A stretch of 32,000 nucleotides of DNA from Thermoproteus tenax Kra 1 (GCF_000253055.1 NC_016070.1:1590001-1622000); one strand, 5' to 3'; positions 17,911 to 26,910 are shown, counted from the first letter of the stretch. Notes: a model not told the origin generated them from the letters alone. Translations and numbers: made by a program.

Positions 17911-19174
17911 GAAGGATATTCTTTATGTCTGTGGGAGATATAGATAGAGCTCTGCTAAGTTTGTCAAGTATTGTGGGATCCTTCTTAGATAAAACGGAGA
18001 GTATTTGTAGAATCTCCGAGGCCACATAACTGCTTGATAAATGAAGCTCCTTGGCCAAGTGTTGTACTACTAGGTCTTTCCTCTTCCTTGCCTCCTTAGA
18101 TTTAGCCAACAAGAGTATCCGTTGAGGGAATTGATATTTGAAGAACCTTGGAAGGCGCGGCTTCCCAGGCACCAGCGCGACGCCCGCCAACATAAGCTCC
18201 GTCATGTACGGCATGAGCTCCCACTCTCCCGTCCTCTTTATGTGGGACAGAATGATATCGGCCTTGCTTAGACGATCTAAGGCGGCCGCTGCCACATGGG
18301 GATCCTTGTACACTCTGGGCACATTCTCGGCGGCCCAAGCGAAGAACTGCTCCCAGTCGAACGAAGGCGAAAACGATATAGCCCTGGCCTCATCGAACCA
18401 GTTAGCTCTGAAGACTTTATCCAGCACCTCGAACATGGACAGCTGTGGATTCCGCTCTCCGATCCGCCTTATATCATCTATGGTGAGGACGCCTTTGCCC
18501 TCAGCGAATAGTTGGAGGTCGTTGATGGCGGCTCTAAGGTCTCCGTTTGACGAGCGCGCGAGAGCCCTCAGAGCGTCCTCCTCGCACTTGATCTTCTCCG
18601 TTGAGCATATCCTCCTCAACACCTCTACTACGTCCTCCTCGTCCAACTTCTTTAAGTTGACCACATAGCTTATTTCTCTCAGTGGGCGGAGCCTCTGATC
18701 GTAGGGATTGTTGGCAGTCATTATAATGGGCACACGGGCCGTCTCGATCATGTCCACGATAGAGTCTAGGCCTCCTAGGTCCTCCTTGGGGTTAAGCCCA
18801 TCTACCTCGTCGAATAACACAATTCTGCCCGAGTAGCCGAAGAGGGAGCCCTCCCTGAGCCCTCTACCCACCACCTCTTTTATCCTAGCCGAGGTACGGA
18901 CGTCGCTTGCGTTCAACTCTATTAGTTCATAGTTTATCTCGTTGGCTAGCGCGTGTACCAACGTGGTCTTGCCCACGCCGGGCGGACCTGCCAGAAGTAT
19001 CGATCTAGCCTCCAAGATCTCTTTGTCCTTGCTTCGGGCCCACTGTCTACAAAAGTGTTCAGATACCTTAAATTTGGCGCAGACCCAAGAGGCTAGGGCA
19101 TATTTGGCCTGCTCCTGGTCTACTATATCCTTGAAACTACGCGGACGATGCTTCTCGACCCACGGCAACATCAC
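17900..19174 (-). CDS. rfcL: Replication factor C large subunit
   Basis: [59 protein letters not shown]. Confidence 0.93.
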   Translation of the reverse strand: MMLPWVEKHRPRSFKDIVDQEQAKYALASWVCAKFKVSEHFCRQWARSKDKEILEARSILLAGPPGVGKTTLVHALANEINYELIELNASDVRTSARIKEVVGRGLREGSLFGYSGRIVLFDEVDGLNPKEDLGGLDSIVDMIETARVPIIMTANNPYDQRLRPLREISYVVNLKKLDEEDVVEVLRRICSTEKIKCEEDALRALARSSNGDLRAAINDLQLFAEGKGVLTIDDIRRIGERNPQLSMFEVLDKVFRANWFDEARAISFSPSFDWEQFFAWAAENVPRVYKDPHVAAAALDRLSKADIILSHIKRTGEWELMPYMTELMLAGVALVPGKPRLPRFFKYQFPQRILLLAKSKEARKRKDLVVQHLAKELHLSSSYVASEILQILSVLSKKDPTILDKLSRALSISPTDIKNILPRS

Positions 19175-20157
19175 CTCTTTTTCGTCTGTACCCTAGCTCT
19201 CGCCCCAAGGGCAGCCAGTTTGACTAACATGTAGGTCAATTGAAGCTCCTCGTCTGAGCCCTCGACCAATCTGAGGTCAACGTCAGCTAGGAGCTCCGCC
19301 ACAGCGGCCTTGGTCTCCTCGTCTATCTGTAGCCTGGGTAACTCCCTCTGTAGCGCCTTCAATATGTCGATGCCCGCGATGCCCCTCATGTACATGAGAT
19401 CCCTCAGCCTCTCCCTTGCCTTCTCCACATCGCCCGAGAAAGCGAGATTGAAAATCTCGAGGATCTCGCTCGGCTTCGCGGCGGAGGCCACTGCGGCGAC
19501 GCTTTCTTTATCTACCACGCCCGCCGAGGCTGCGGCCATCTGTAGTAAATTTATTGCTCTCCTCATGTCGCCCTGCGATATCTCGTAGATCGCGTCTATA
19601 CCGTCCTCAGTGAGCTTTATCCTCTCTTGACTTGCTATATATTGAAGGCGTTGGGCCATCAACGGCTTAGGCATGGGGGGGAACCTAAATACAGCGCATC
19701 TCGACAATATAGGATCTATGATCCTAGACACGTAGTTAGCCAACAGAACGAACCTGGTGGTCGCCGCGTACATCTCCATTATCCTCCTGAGCGCCTGCTG
19801 CGCGTCGGAGGTCATGTTGTCCGCCTCGTCCAATACGACCAGCTTGAAGGGGGCTCCGCCGGCCGGCGCAGTTCTGGCGAACTCCTTGACCCTCTCCCTT
19901 ATCACGTTTATCCCCCTCTCGTCGGACGCGTTGAGCTCCAGCGTGTTCTCGCGCCAGCGCTCCCCGTAGAGCTCCCTCGCGAGCACCAGGGCGGTCGTAG
20001 TCTTGCCCGTGCCGGGCGGGCCGTAGAAGAGGAGGTGGGGCATGTTGCCGGCCTTTATGAACTCCGCCAGCCTGGCCTTTATCTCCTCCAAGTCCACTAT
20101 CTCGGCGAAGGACTTGGGGCGGTACTTCTCGAACCAGAAGAGCTCGCCTAGAGACAT
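19171..20157 (-). CDS. rfcS: Replication factor C small subunit
   Basis: [79 protein letters not shown]. Confidence 0.94.
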   Translation of the reverse strand: MSLGELFWFEKYRPKSFAEIVDLEEIKARLAEFIKAGNMPHLLFYGPPGTGKTTTALVLARELYGERWRENTLELNASDERGINVIRERVKEFARTAPAGGAPFKLVVLDEADNMTSDAQQALRRIMEMYAATTRFVLLANYVSRIIDPILSRCAVFRFPPMPKPLMAQRLQYIASQERIKLTEDGIDAIYEISQGDMRRAINLLQMAAASAGVVDKESVAAVASAAKPSEILEIFNLAFSGDVEKARERLRDLMYMRGIAGIDILKALQRELPRLQIDEETKAAVAELLADVDLRLVEGSDEELQLTYMLVKLAALGARARVQTKKR

Positions 20158-20197
20158 AGAGCAGATAACTGTGAGTAAATAAATGGACTAACGCGTA

Positions 20198-20875
20198 TTA
20201 TCTCGAGGCCGCAGCCAGGCGTTCTAGCTCGTCCTTATGCCTTATTGCGTAACTCTTGGGGTCGTTGGATGCCGCAGCTATTATCTCGTCAGCGAGACAT
20301 TCCTCAATAGGCTTTGGATTGTTAAACGAGCATGCGCGGGCGCCTTCGGCTATCCAGTGGAGCGCCAGATCTAGCCTTCGTTGGGGCGAGACGTCCACAG
20401 AGACGGAGTAGGCGATACCGCCCATTATAATGCGCGTTATTTCCTCGCGGGGGGCCGCGTTTATTATAGCATCGATGTACACTTGTAGAGGATTCCTCTT
20501 AGTTTTATAATAAATTATGTCGAATGCCCTTTTCACTATGTTGTACGCCTTATGCTTCTTGCCCGCGTTTCTTCCGGGCCTCATCATTAGGTTTATTAGA
20601 CGCTCCACTATGGGGATCTGCGTCTTGCCGAACCTCCTATTCTGGAATCTGCCCTCTGTGTGCGGAAGAAGCACCGGCTTTAGGCAAATATATCTCCTCA
20701 ATCCAGGATCTTTCACTACTATATCGTCGTAAGTCCATTTGCCGAACAACAAGATTTGGCCTCCATCGTAGGTCCTAATAGCGCGGGGACATTCCTCAAC
20801 TAAGGGGACGTCCCCCACGTACTCAACGTGAGATCCCTTAGGCAATTGCTCGCCGAATATGATCGGCGAAGACAT
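20198..20875 (-). CDS. rps7: 30S ribosomal protein S7
   Basis: [76 protein letters not shown] directly upstream. Confidence 0.95.
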   Translation of the reverse strand: MSSPIIFGEQLPKGSHVEYVGDVPLVEECPRAIRTYDGGQILLFGKWTYDDIVVKDPGLRRYICLKPVLLPHTEGRFQNRRFGKTQIPIVERLINLMMRPGRNAGKKHKAYNIVKRAFDIIYYKTKRNPLQVYIDAIINAAPREEITRIIMGGIAYSVSVDVSPQRRLDLALHWIAEGARACSFNNPKPIEECLADEIIAAASNDPKSYAIRHKDELERLAAASR

Positions 20876-21142
20876 CAGTGACCAACTTACAACTATATTT
20901 AAACCTTAACGCCAAGTCTCGCCAAAGCCGGGGACCTCGCTCTTCAAGCGTTATCCGCCCGCCGTCTGTGCCACTGATAAACAAATTGATATCTAGTAGA
21001 AAAATGTAGTGGAATTACTCCTTTTCTATTAATCGTTGATCATTCTATAAAAAATACTTAAAGAAAAATAGGGAGCTATTCTTTTTATAATATACTAAAT
21101 AAATCAATAAAAAAATTCCAGCATTCTATTTTGCACGAAAAG

Positions 21143-21152
21143 CTTATAAATA
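21143..21152 (+). promoter_or_regulatory. TATA box (CTTATAAATA) for the CC1-like gene
   Basis: Positioned about 24 bp before ATG 21171, consistent with a leaderless transcript. Confidence 0.75.
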
Positions 21153-21170
21153 TCTGTTTTTATCTAGCAT

Positions 21171-21338
21171 ATGCCGCAGAAGCTGAAGTTCTACGACATA
21201 AAGGCCAAGCAGGCGTTCGAGACAGACAAATACGAGACCGTCGAGAAGAACACCGCCAGAGGCCCCATGATATTCGCGGTCGCCACTTCGCCGTACACCG
21301 GCATTAAGGTCTGGAGGCTGATCGGCAAGAAGAAATAA
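21171..21338 (+). CDS. CC1-like crenarchaeal chromatin/DNA-binding protein, 55 aa
   Basis: Not in the supplied ORF track (too short). Translation MPQKLKFYDIKAKQAFETDKYETVEKNTARGPMIFAVATSPYTGIKVWRLIGKKK; strong promoter upstream and poly-T downstream. Confidence 0.85.
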   Translation: MPQKLKFYDIKAKQAFETDKYETVEKNTARGPMIFAVATSPYTGIKVWRLIGKKK

Positions 21339-21341
21339 GAA

Positions 21342-21932
21342 TCAATACAAACTGTTTTTTCTCTCGCTTTCCCAAAATTCTCTTCCGGCGCTTGCCAATA
21401 TCTTGGCGACACGTAGCGGCTCGGGTTTGTTCCCGTACTTCCTCGTCAAAGCGGCCAGTCTGAAGGCGTCTCTGGGGCTTAGGCCCCAGGCTCTGACGAA
21501 GACCCTCCCGCCGTCGGGGTATCTAAACTCTACCGGATTGCCCATCTTAGAGATGTTCTGCCACCTGATCTCCCAGTCGTCGAATATCTTCATCAGCGCA
21601 CTTTTTATGTCGCCCTCGGGCTCCTCAAATACATAACATACGGTGGGAAGCCCCGTTTCTCTCCATACAATTTCGCCGTCTATCCAGTTATAGAAAGAGA
21701 CTATACATCCGTCCAACATTATTACGTGGACGTCGGGCCTTTTTATCCGCCTTATTACTTCGAGGGCGACTTGGGTCCCGTCGGTCCCGCCCAACTTGGC
21801 CCTCCCAAACGCCGCAGATTCTATATAGCCGTCTCTCCTGGCCAAGACGGCGGCGTATATCGAATATCCCTCATCTAATCTGAAGCTTTCCGCGACCGCT
21901 ATCGTTCTGAAGTTCTTCTGCAACCAACTCAT
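21342..21932 (-). CDS. DUF99 family protein
   Basis: RTIAVAESF...GYSIYAAVLARRDGYIESAAFGRAKLGGTDGTQVALEVIRR...VHVIMLDGCIVSFYNWID matches the DUF99 layout. Confidence 0.8.
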   Translation of the reverse strand: MSWLQKNFRTIAVAESFRLDEGYSIYAAVLARRDGYIESAAFGRAKLGGTDGTQVALEVIRRIKRPDVHVIMLDGCIVSFYNWIDGEIVWRETGLPTVCYVFEEPEGDIKSALMKIFDDWEIRWQNISKMGNPVEFRYPDGGRVFVRAWGLSPRDAFRLAALTRKYGNKPEPLRVAKILASAGREFWESERKNSLY

Positions 21933-22852
21933 CTGATGTATAGTTTGAAGGTATCGTTAACTCTTCTTATGGCCCTCCTCGTGCATAACAGAGCGCAGGC
22001 CCCGCAGCCTGTACAGCTCTCCAACAACTTGGGAGCTCCGCCTTTGTCCATAGCCAAGGCGTCGCACGAGGACAGAAAACAATCGCCGCATCTATCACAT
22101 AGGGACGGCTCCACTTCGAACTCACCCGCGAATAGCTTATAGTCGTAGCCAACGACTCTCTCTCTAAACAGCCTACACGGATCCCCCCTTCTATTGATAT
22201 CAACTATATAGCCTCCTAGCTCTATAAACCCATCGTCTGTGCCGCCCGTAGAGATGGCTATGACCGGGCCGGCCTTATAGCCGCCTATTAATATGCCCTT
22301 GGCTATCGCCACGGCCGGTATGGGCGGCATATGGACTGAAACAATTTCGCTTACGGCGTCCGGCATAAAGTACGTCGGAAGGACTTGATAGTCGGTCTTC
22401 TCCTCAACGGGGCTCTTCATGTATATATCGGACACAACTATTGGGACATCGTCCCTAAGCTTCAGCAAGTTATAGAGACAGGCAAAGAGGGGCAGATACT
22501 CCCTCCCGGCGCCCCCTGTGCGAACCCATCGCCGCGCCCTCAAATAGTTTTTATTGAACGTGGAGACTCTAAAGGGCCTGGGCAACGGCTCCTCTCCCTC
22601 GTATCCGATCGGGCTTTGGGTCTTTTCGGAGAGAGCTATTGCCTCCTCTAGGTCTCTAACGCAGGGGAGCTCCTGCGGGCACGGAGAGAGGAGCATGGCT
22701 CCCCAGATCCCCGATCTTCTCACGATGTCGATCCACTCATTGCGGAACTCTCCCAGCACCAATACCCTCCTAAATGTGATCGAGAGGCCGAGGGCTATGC
22801 CCAGAGCATGGAGGTTGCCCAGCTCCTTGCCCTTTATCACAAACTCTATCAT
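21929..22852 (-). CDS. Uncharacterised protein with C-terminal dicluster [4Fe-4S] ferredoxin-like domain
   Basis: C-terminal CDRCGDCFLSSCDALAM and CTGCGACALLCTRRAI cysteine motifs; about 220-aa N-terminal region not recognised. Confidence 0.6.
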   Translation of the reverse strand: MIEFVIKGKELGNLHALGIALGLSITFRRVLVLGEFRNEWIDIVRRSGIWGAMLLSPCPQELPCVRDLEEAIALSEKTQSPIGYEGEEPLPRPFRVSTFNKNYLRARRWVRTGGAGREYLPLFACLYNLLKLRDDVPIVVSDIYMKSPVEEKTDYQVLPTYFMPDAVSEIVSVHMPPIPAVAIAKGILIGGYKAGPVIAISTGGTDDGFIELGGYIVDINRRGDPCRLFRERVVGYDYKLFAGEFEVEPSLCDRCGDCFLSSCDALAMDKGGAPKLLESCTGCGACALLCTRRAIRRVNDTFKLYIR

Positions 22853-23265
22853 GGAACTAGCCGCAGCCTAACGACGACCTTCATCAGCGCCTTTTTCTCC
22901 GCCGGAAAGTCATCTAAGGGCCTTGGACCGTTCTGTCTCACCCAGAGGCAGTTCTCAGACAAGAATACGTTGCCCGTCTTTACGTCGAGCACGAGGGGGA
23001 ACATCTTGCAAGCCAGAGGCTTTTTCTCGTGTATCGTGCATTTTCTACTCTTTCTGTCGAAAAAGGGGCACCACCCATCGATTATCCATCTGTAGATCTC
23101 TACTCCGTTAACTTCGCCGAGCCTCTTGAAGCTCAACTTGAGCCCCCTCCGCTCGGCCTCCTCCTTAAGTCTAACCATCTCCTCATGGAAGATGGTAGGC
23201 ATCTCCTCCTCTGATTCAAAACGGCAACAGTCCGCGGGACACCCGATGGGACATTCAAACGGCAC
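22849..23265 (-). CDS. YkgJ-like putative zinc/iron-chelating domain protein
   Basis: CPIGCPADCCRF...WIIDGWCPFFDRKSRKCTIHEKKPLACKMFPL. The track start at 23349 runs through element-derived sequence (MKGGAFCCNPHSALRARLT), so an internal start such as GTG 23265 is more likely. Confidence 0.7.
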   Translation of the reverse strand: MPFECPIGCPADCCRFESEEEMPTIFHEEMVRLKEEAERRGLKLSFKRLGEVNGVEIYRWIIDGWCPFFDRKSRKCTIHEKKPLACKMFPLVLDVKTGNVFLSENCLWVRQNGPRPLDDFPAEKKALMKVVVRLRLVP

Positions 23266-23289
23266 TGCACAGTTTTTAAAGCTGTTTAT

Positions 23290-23580
23290 AACCGTAAGCC
23301 TCGCCCTTAGGGCGGAGTGGGGGTTACAACAGAAAGCCCCGCCCTTCAAGCGGGGATGGATTTAAGCTATATTTTTTCATGGCGGAGCGGTGAAGAGAGC
23401 TGAGGAAGGCTTAAATAGCGGTGCGCGCCATAAGACGGGGCGGGCCAACTTGCATCAACTCGTAAGATGGCCCTGGCGGGGGGACACCACAATGCCTGCT
23501 CCGTCGCGGCCCATAACCCCGGGCAACGGGCGAGACCCCCACGGTGGAGACCCCGCCCTTTAGGGCGGGGAGGGGGTCAC
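23290..23580 (+). mobile_element. Miniature TnpB-type element with tandem duplicated left ends (at 23290 and 23328) and one right end
   Basis: TTAT|AACCGTAAGCCTCGCCCTTAGGGCGG then TTAC|AACAGAAAGCCCCGCCCTTCAAGCGGGGATGG; right end GACCCCGCCCTTTAGGGCGGGGAGGGGGTCAC. The internal ORF ends ...NGRDPHGGDPAL*. Confidence 0.75.
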
Positions 23581-23930
23581 ATGCTTCCCGTCCGCCCTTG
23601 GGCACTCGCCCCAATAAATATGAGGGGGGCGCGGGAGCCCTAATGGGGCGCCATCGTTGCTTTCAATTACTGCATGCGCCTTTGCTCTAGATATAAACTG
23701 GCTTGAGGCCTAAGTAGTGCTAAATTCCTGTTATTATAGATCTTTGTAAAATATATTATTTACTTTTGTTTCTATATCTATATCTAAGACCATTTACCTA
23801 TTCCGCCTTCTCTGTAATTTTTTGAATATAATAATTAATTTTTTAAGTTTCATAATCTCTCGTTACGTATATAAATATTACTTTATAAAAGGTTGGAGAA
23901 AAGTTTAAATCTAAGCTAAATCGTTAACTC

Positions 23931-23981
23931 ATGCCCAAGAAAGAGCAGAAGAAGGAGGAGAAAAAAGAGCAGAAGAAGTGA
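23931..23981 (+). CDS. 16-aa Lys/Glu/Gln micropeptide MPKKEQKKEEKKEQKK
   Basis: ATG...TGA ORF with GTTTAAAT about 25 nt upstream (canonical leaderless spacing). Confidence 0.4.
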   Translation: MPKKEQKKEEKKEQKK

Positions 23982-24116
23982 AGGCCTAGGCTATATAAAA
24001 ACGGAACTCTCTTCTTTTAACCTCCTTTTTGGGCGGGCCAGCCGCGTGTCAATAGCTGACACAGGCGAGGGGGTGTCGGGCTCTAAATTTTAAAAACACT
24101 GCCCTTTGCCCCATGT

Positions 24117-24422
24117 ATGCCTAAGGTGATCGAGGTGGGCAGAATAGTTGTGAAGGTCTCTGGCAGAGAGGCCGGGAGAAAGGCCGTAGTCGTGGATCTA
24201 GTTGATGAGAACTATGTCGTAATCACAGGCCCGCGCAGCGTAAGCGGCGTAAAAAGAAGAAGGGTGAACATAAACCATATAGAGCCGACGGACAAGAAGA
24301 TAGATATAAAGAGGGGGGCGAGCGATGAGGACGTAGTAAAGGCGCTTGAGGCTGCCAACTTAATCGAATACATGAAAGAGAAGATAAAGCCAAAATTCGA
24401 GGGGGTTTTATCGGAGATTTAA
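24117..24422 (+). CDS. rpl14e: 50S ribosomal protein L14e
   Basis: VIEVGRIVVKVSGREAGRKAVVVDLVDENYVVITGPRSVSGVKRRRVNINHIEPT. Confidence 0.92.
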   Translation: MPKVIEVGRIVVKVSGREAGRKAVVVDLVDENYVVITGPRSVSGVKRRRVNINHIEPTDKKIDIKRGASDEDVVKALEAANLIEYMKEKIKPKFEGVLSEI

Positions 24423-24430
24423 GGTGCTTT

Positions 24431-25122
24431 ATGACCGCGCTCCCCGCCCTAAAGGGCGGGGTTTCCCCTCGCCCACGCCTTCATCGGCATCCAGGATACC
24501 TCCGGCGCGGGCTCATCGGGCATGGGGCCGGGCGGCGCTCGGCCCTCCTCGGGGCAGAGCACCTCATTTGGTGAGGCGTGTGCGCATATTGGGTCTTCCG
24601 CCTGCATCTGCGACGACCCCCGCTCATGCGGGATCCGCACCGTGGGGGTCTCGGCCGTTGCCCTCCTCGGGGTTAATCCGCTCGACATCGGATAACGGGC
24701 CTCTATCCTCCCCGGCGCTCTGAGGCCGGCCCTCGCGGCGTTCAGCGCGACGTTGAGCCTCCTGCGGAGCACGAGCCCTCTACAGCCCCGTACGTCGACT
24801 ACGTGCTCGCTCTGCCGCCCGTGCGCTACGTCCTCGGGTATCCTGCGTATACCTCAGAGACCCCCGATTCCCGCAACATCCCGGCGAGCCCTCTGACCGC
24901 CGTATTTCGATAGTGCCTCAACCTCTACCATCCTCCAGAGCGCCTTTAGGTAGAGGCGGCGCCACCCCGCTCATTGCCGATGCCGCTCTTCGTTTTGCCC
25001 CCGCGTGGCGCCCGCCCTTGCCCCTCCCTCTCCTTTCCTCGGTCCTCTTCACTAACTCTGTCATAGAAAAAATATAGATGTTCGGCTTAAAACCTACCCC
25101 GTGAAGGGCGAGGCTTTCGGTT
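24431..25122 (-). mobile_element. Decayed, apparently nested TnpB-type element remnant
   Basis: Minus strand left end TTAC|AACCGAAAGCCTCGCCCTTCACGGGG, then ATGACAGAGTTAGTGAAGAGG. Internal degenerate end AACGGCCGAGACCCCCACGGTGCGGATCCCGCATGAGCGGGGGTC near 24610-24660. Outer right end AAACCCCGCCCTTTAGGGCGGGGAGCGCGGTCAT at 24431-24460. Confidence 0.75.
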
Positions 25123-26117
25123 GTAAACGAGATATTTATGTAAAGACGCCAAATGAGACAACCGACCCTCAATGGGGCAGGCCGCCCGCCGATAGGCCGA
25201 TCGAAGAATACATAAGATATTCTTTTGTAGTACTGGACAAACCGCGCGGCCCCTCGAGCCACGAGACAGTCGCTTGGCTCAAAAGAATCTTGAACGTGGA
25301 GGTCGCAGGCCACTCGGGCACTTTAGATCCCAACGTGTCTGGGGTCTTGCCTGTCGCCATCGCCGAGGGCACCAAGGCGCTAATGGCCCTCTCTAGAGCC
25401 GACAAAACCTATGTCGCCGTCGCCAAGTTTCACGGAGACGTCGACGAGGCTAAGCTGAGGGAGGTTCTCGCCTACTTCACAGGCGCCATTTATCAGAGAC
25501 CGCCTCTAAGGTCTGCGGTCAAAAGACAACTCCGCGTGAGGCATGTGTACTCCTTGGAGCTACTGGAGCTGGACGGCAGATACGCGCTCCTCAGAATGCA
25601 TGTAGAGGCGGGGACCTACGCCAGGAAGCTCATCCACGATATAGGCGAAGTGCTGGGCGTGAGCGCCAACATGAGAGAGCTGAGGAGGGTCGGAGTCGGG
25701 TGTTTTACAGAGGAAGAGGCCTTCACGCTACAGGATATAGCAGATGCAGTATACATATGGAGGAACTACGGCGATGACACTGTACTGAGGCAGATAGTGA
25801 AGCCCATAGAGGAGATAGCAAGAGGGGTCGCCAAGATCTGGATAAAGGACGGCGCCGTAGATGCTGTGTGTCATGGCGCTCCTCTGGCGGCCCCCGGCGT
25901 CGTCAAGTTCGAGGAGCCCTTCCAGAGGGGCGACCTTGTTGCATATTTCACGCTCAAGGGCGAGCTAGTCGCCCTGGGGAGGGCCTTGATGTCCAGCGAT
26001 GAACTGAAAAGAGCGGACAAAGGGCTTGTGGCTAGAACAGACCGCGTTGTCATGCGGCCCGGCACCTATCCCTCAATATGGAGGAGAAAACCTAATAAAT
26101 TAGAGGGAAGATCCTAG
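25101..26117 (+). CDS. cbf5: Cbf5/TruB-family pseudouridine synthase (H/ACA RNP catalytic subunit)
   Basis: [42 protein letters not shown]-terminal PUA. The GTG start at 25101 lies inside the adjacent mobile-element left end. Confidence 0.92.
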   Translation: MKGEAFGCKRDIYVKTPNETTDPQWGRPPADRPIEEYIRYSFVVLDKPRGPSSHETVAWLKRILNVEVAGHSGTLDPNVSGVLPVAIAEGTKALMALSRADKTYVAVAKFHGDVDEAKLREVLAYFTGAIYQRPPLRSAVKRQLRVRHVYSLELLELDGRYALLRMHVEAGTYARKLIHDIGEVLGVSANMRELRRVGVGCFTEEEAFTLQDIADAVYIWRNYGDDTVLRQIVKPIEEIARGVAKIWIKDGAVDAVCHGAPLAAPGVVKFEEPFQRGDLVAYFTLKGELVALGRALMSSDELKRADKGLVARTDRVVMRPGTYPSIWRRKPNKLEGRS

Positions 26118-26119
26118 AG

Positions 26120-26413
26120 GTGGATCTGCCGGTCAGACGCGTGGTTATAGACGCGGCGATCCCAACGAAGAACGTATCTATTGTGGACGTAGCCAAGTCG
26201 CTCTATGAGACCAGAGGCGTCAAGGCCGTGAGAGTTATCGTGGACGATGTCGACGTAGATGTCTTGGGGCTGATAGTGGTGGTCGAAGGCGAGGGAGTCG
26301 ACGTTAAGGAGATACAAGACGCCATAGAGAAAGTGGGCGGCGTCGTGCACTCATTGGACGAAGTTGTAGTGGGAGAATACATCCCAGAGGTGCACGCACA
26401 AGAGGGCGCTTGA
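26120..26413 (+). CDS. DUF211 family protein
   Basis: VRRVVIDAAIPTKNVSIVDVAKSLYETRGVKAVRVIVDDVDVDVLGLIVVVEGEGVDVKEIQDAIEKVGGVVHSLDEVVVG. Confidence 0.85.
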   Translation: MDLPVRRVVIDAAIPTKNVSIVDVAKSLYETRGVKAVRVIVDDVDVDVLGLIVVVEGEGVDVKEIQDAIEKVGGVVHSLDEVVVGEYIPEVHAQEGA

Positions 26414-26910
26414 GAAGATACGTAGTACTAGGGCTACTAGATGGAATTATCACCGCCGTCAGCTTGACCTCGGGCCTGCTAGTAAGAGGCCACGCGTTGC
26501 GCATCAGCGAGGCGCTATCGATTGCAGTGGTCGTGGCTACGATAAATTCGCTCACGAGCTTTATAGCCGAGTACTCCCATCAAAGGGATCTGCTCAGAGA
26601 CCTTGAATACAAAGTGTATCTAAAATCAACTGGACATATTTTTAAAACGCTGGTACATAGGAGGGCTCTGTTCAACTCAGCCCGCTCGTCTCTGTATAAC
26701 TTCCTCTCGTCGGCTGCGGGCGCTCTATCGGTGTTGGTGCCCGCCTCGGTCAAAAGCGAATACGGCCTGTATGCCCTAGCCGCAGTGGCTTTTCTAGTAT
26801 CAGTTGTATTGTCTAAGAACCTAGTCGAGTTCGGGGAATGGCTTCTGATGGTGTGCGTCTCTGCGCTGATAGGGCTGGCGGTAGGTCTCCTCTTCCCCTT
26901 AGCTGTGTGA
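26410..26910 (+). CDS. VIT1/CCC1-like small membrane protein
   Basis: VVLGLLDGIITAVSLTSGLL, SFIAEYSHQRDLLRDLEYKV, C-terminal TM helices; overlaps upstream gene. Confidence 0.6.
   Translation: MRRYVVLGLLDGIITAVSLTSGLLVRGHALRISEALSIAVVVATINSLTSFIAEYSHQRDLLRDLEYKVYLKSTGHIFKTLVHRRALFNSARSSLYNFLSSAAGALSVLVPASVKSEYGLYALAAVAFLVSVVLSKNLVEFGEWLLMVCVSALIGLAVGLLFPLAV

Noticed and set aside
18138-18668. Plus-strand ORF of 176 aa inside rfcL
   Set aside because: Antisense shadow ORF of the RFC large subunit.
19627-20151. Plus-strand ORF of 174 aa inside rfcS
   Set aside because: Antisense shadow ORF of a highly conserved AAA+ gene.
20905-20992. A complete tRNA gene on the minus strand
   Set aside because: Anticodon-stem-like and AGGTC-like strings are present, but there is no T-loop TTCRA and no matching acceptor stem, so it is kept only as an ncRNA candidate.
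24424-24723. Plus-strand ORF MLYDRAPRPKGRGFPSP... after rpl14e
   Set aside because: Antisense through the right-end palindrome of the remnant element; explained by the mobile element.
24918-25313. Minus-strand ORF of 131 aa spanning the element and the cbf5 5' region
   Set aside because: Its first ~70 aa are antisense to cbf5. Only the part after the element ATG ([15 protein letters not shown]...) is meaningful, and that is a tnpB N-terminal relic.
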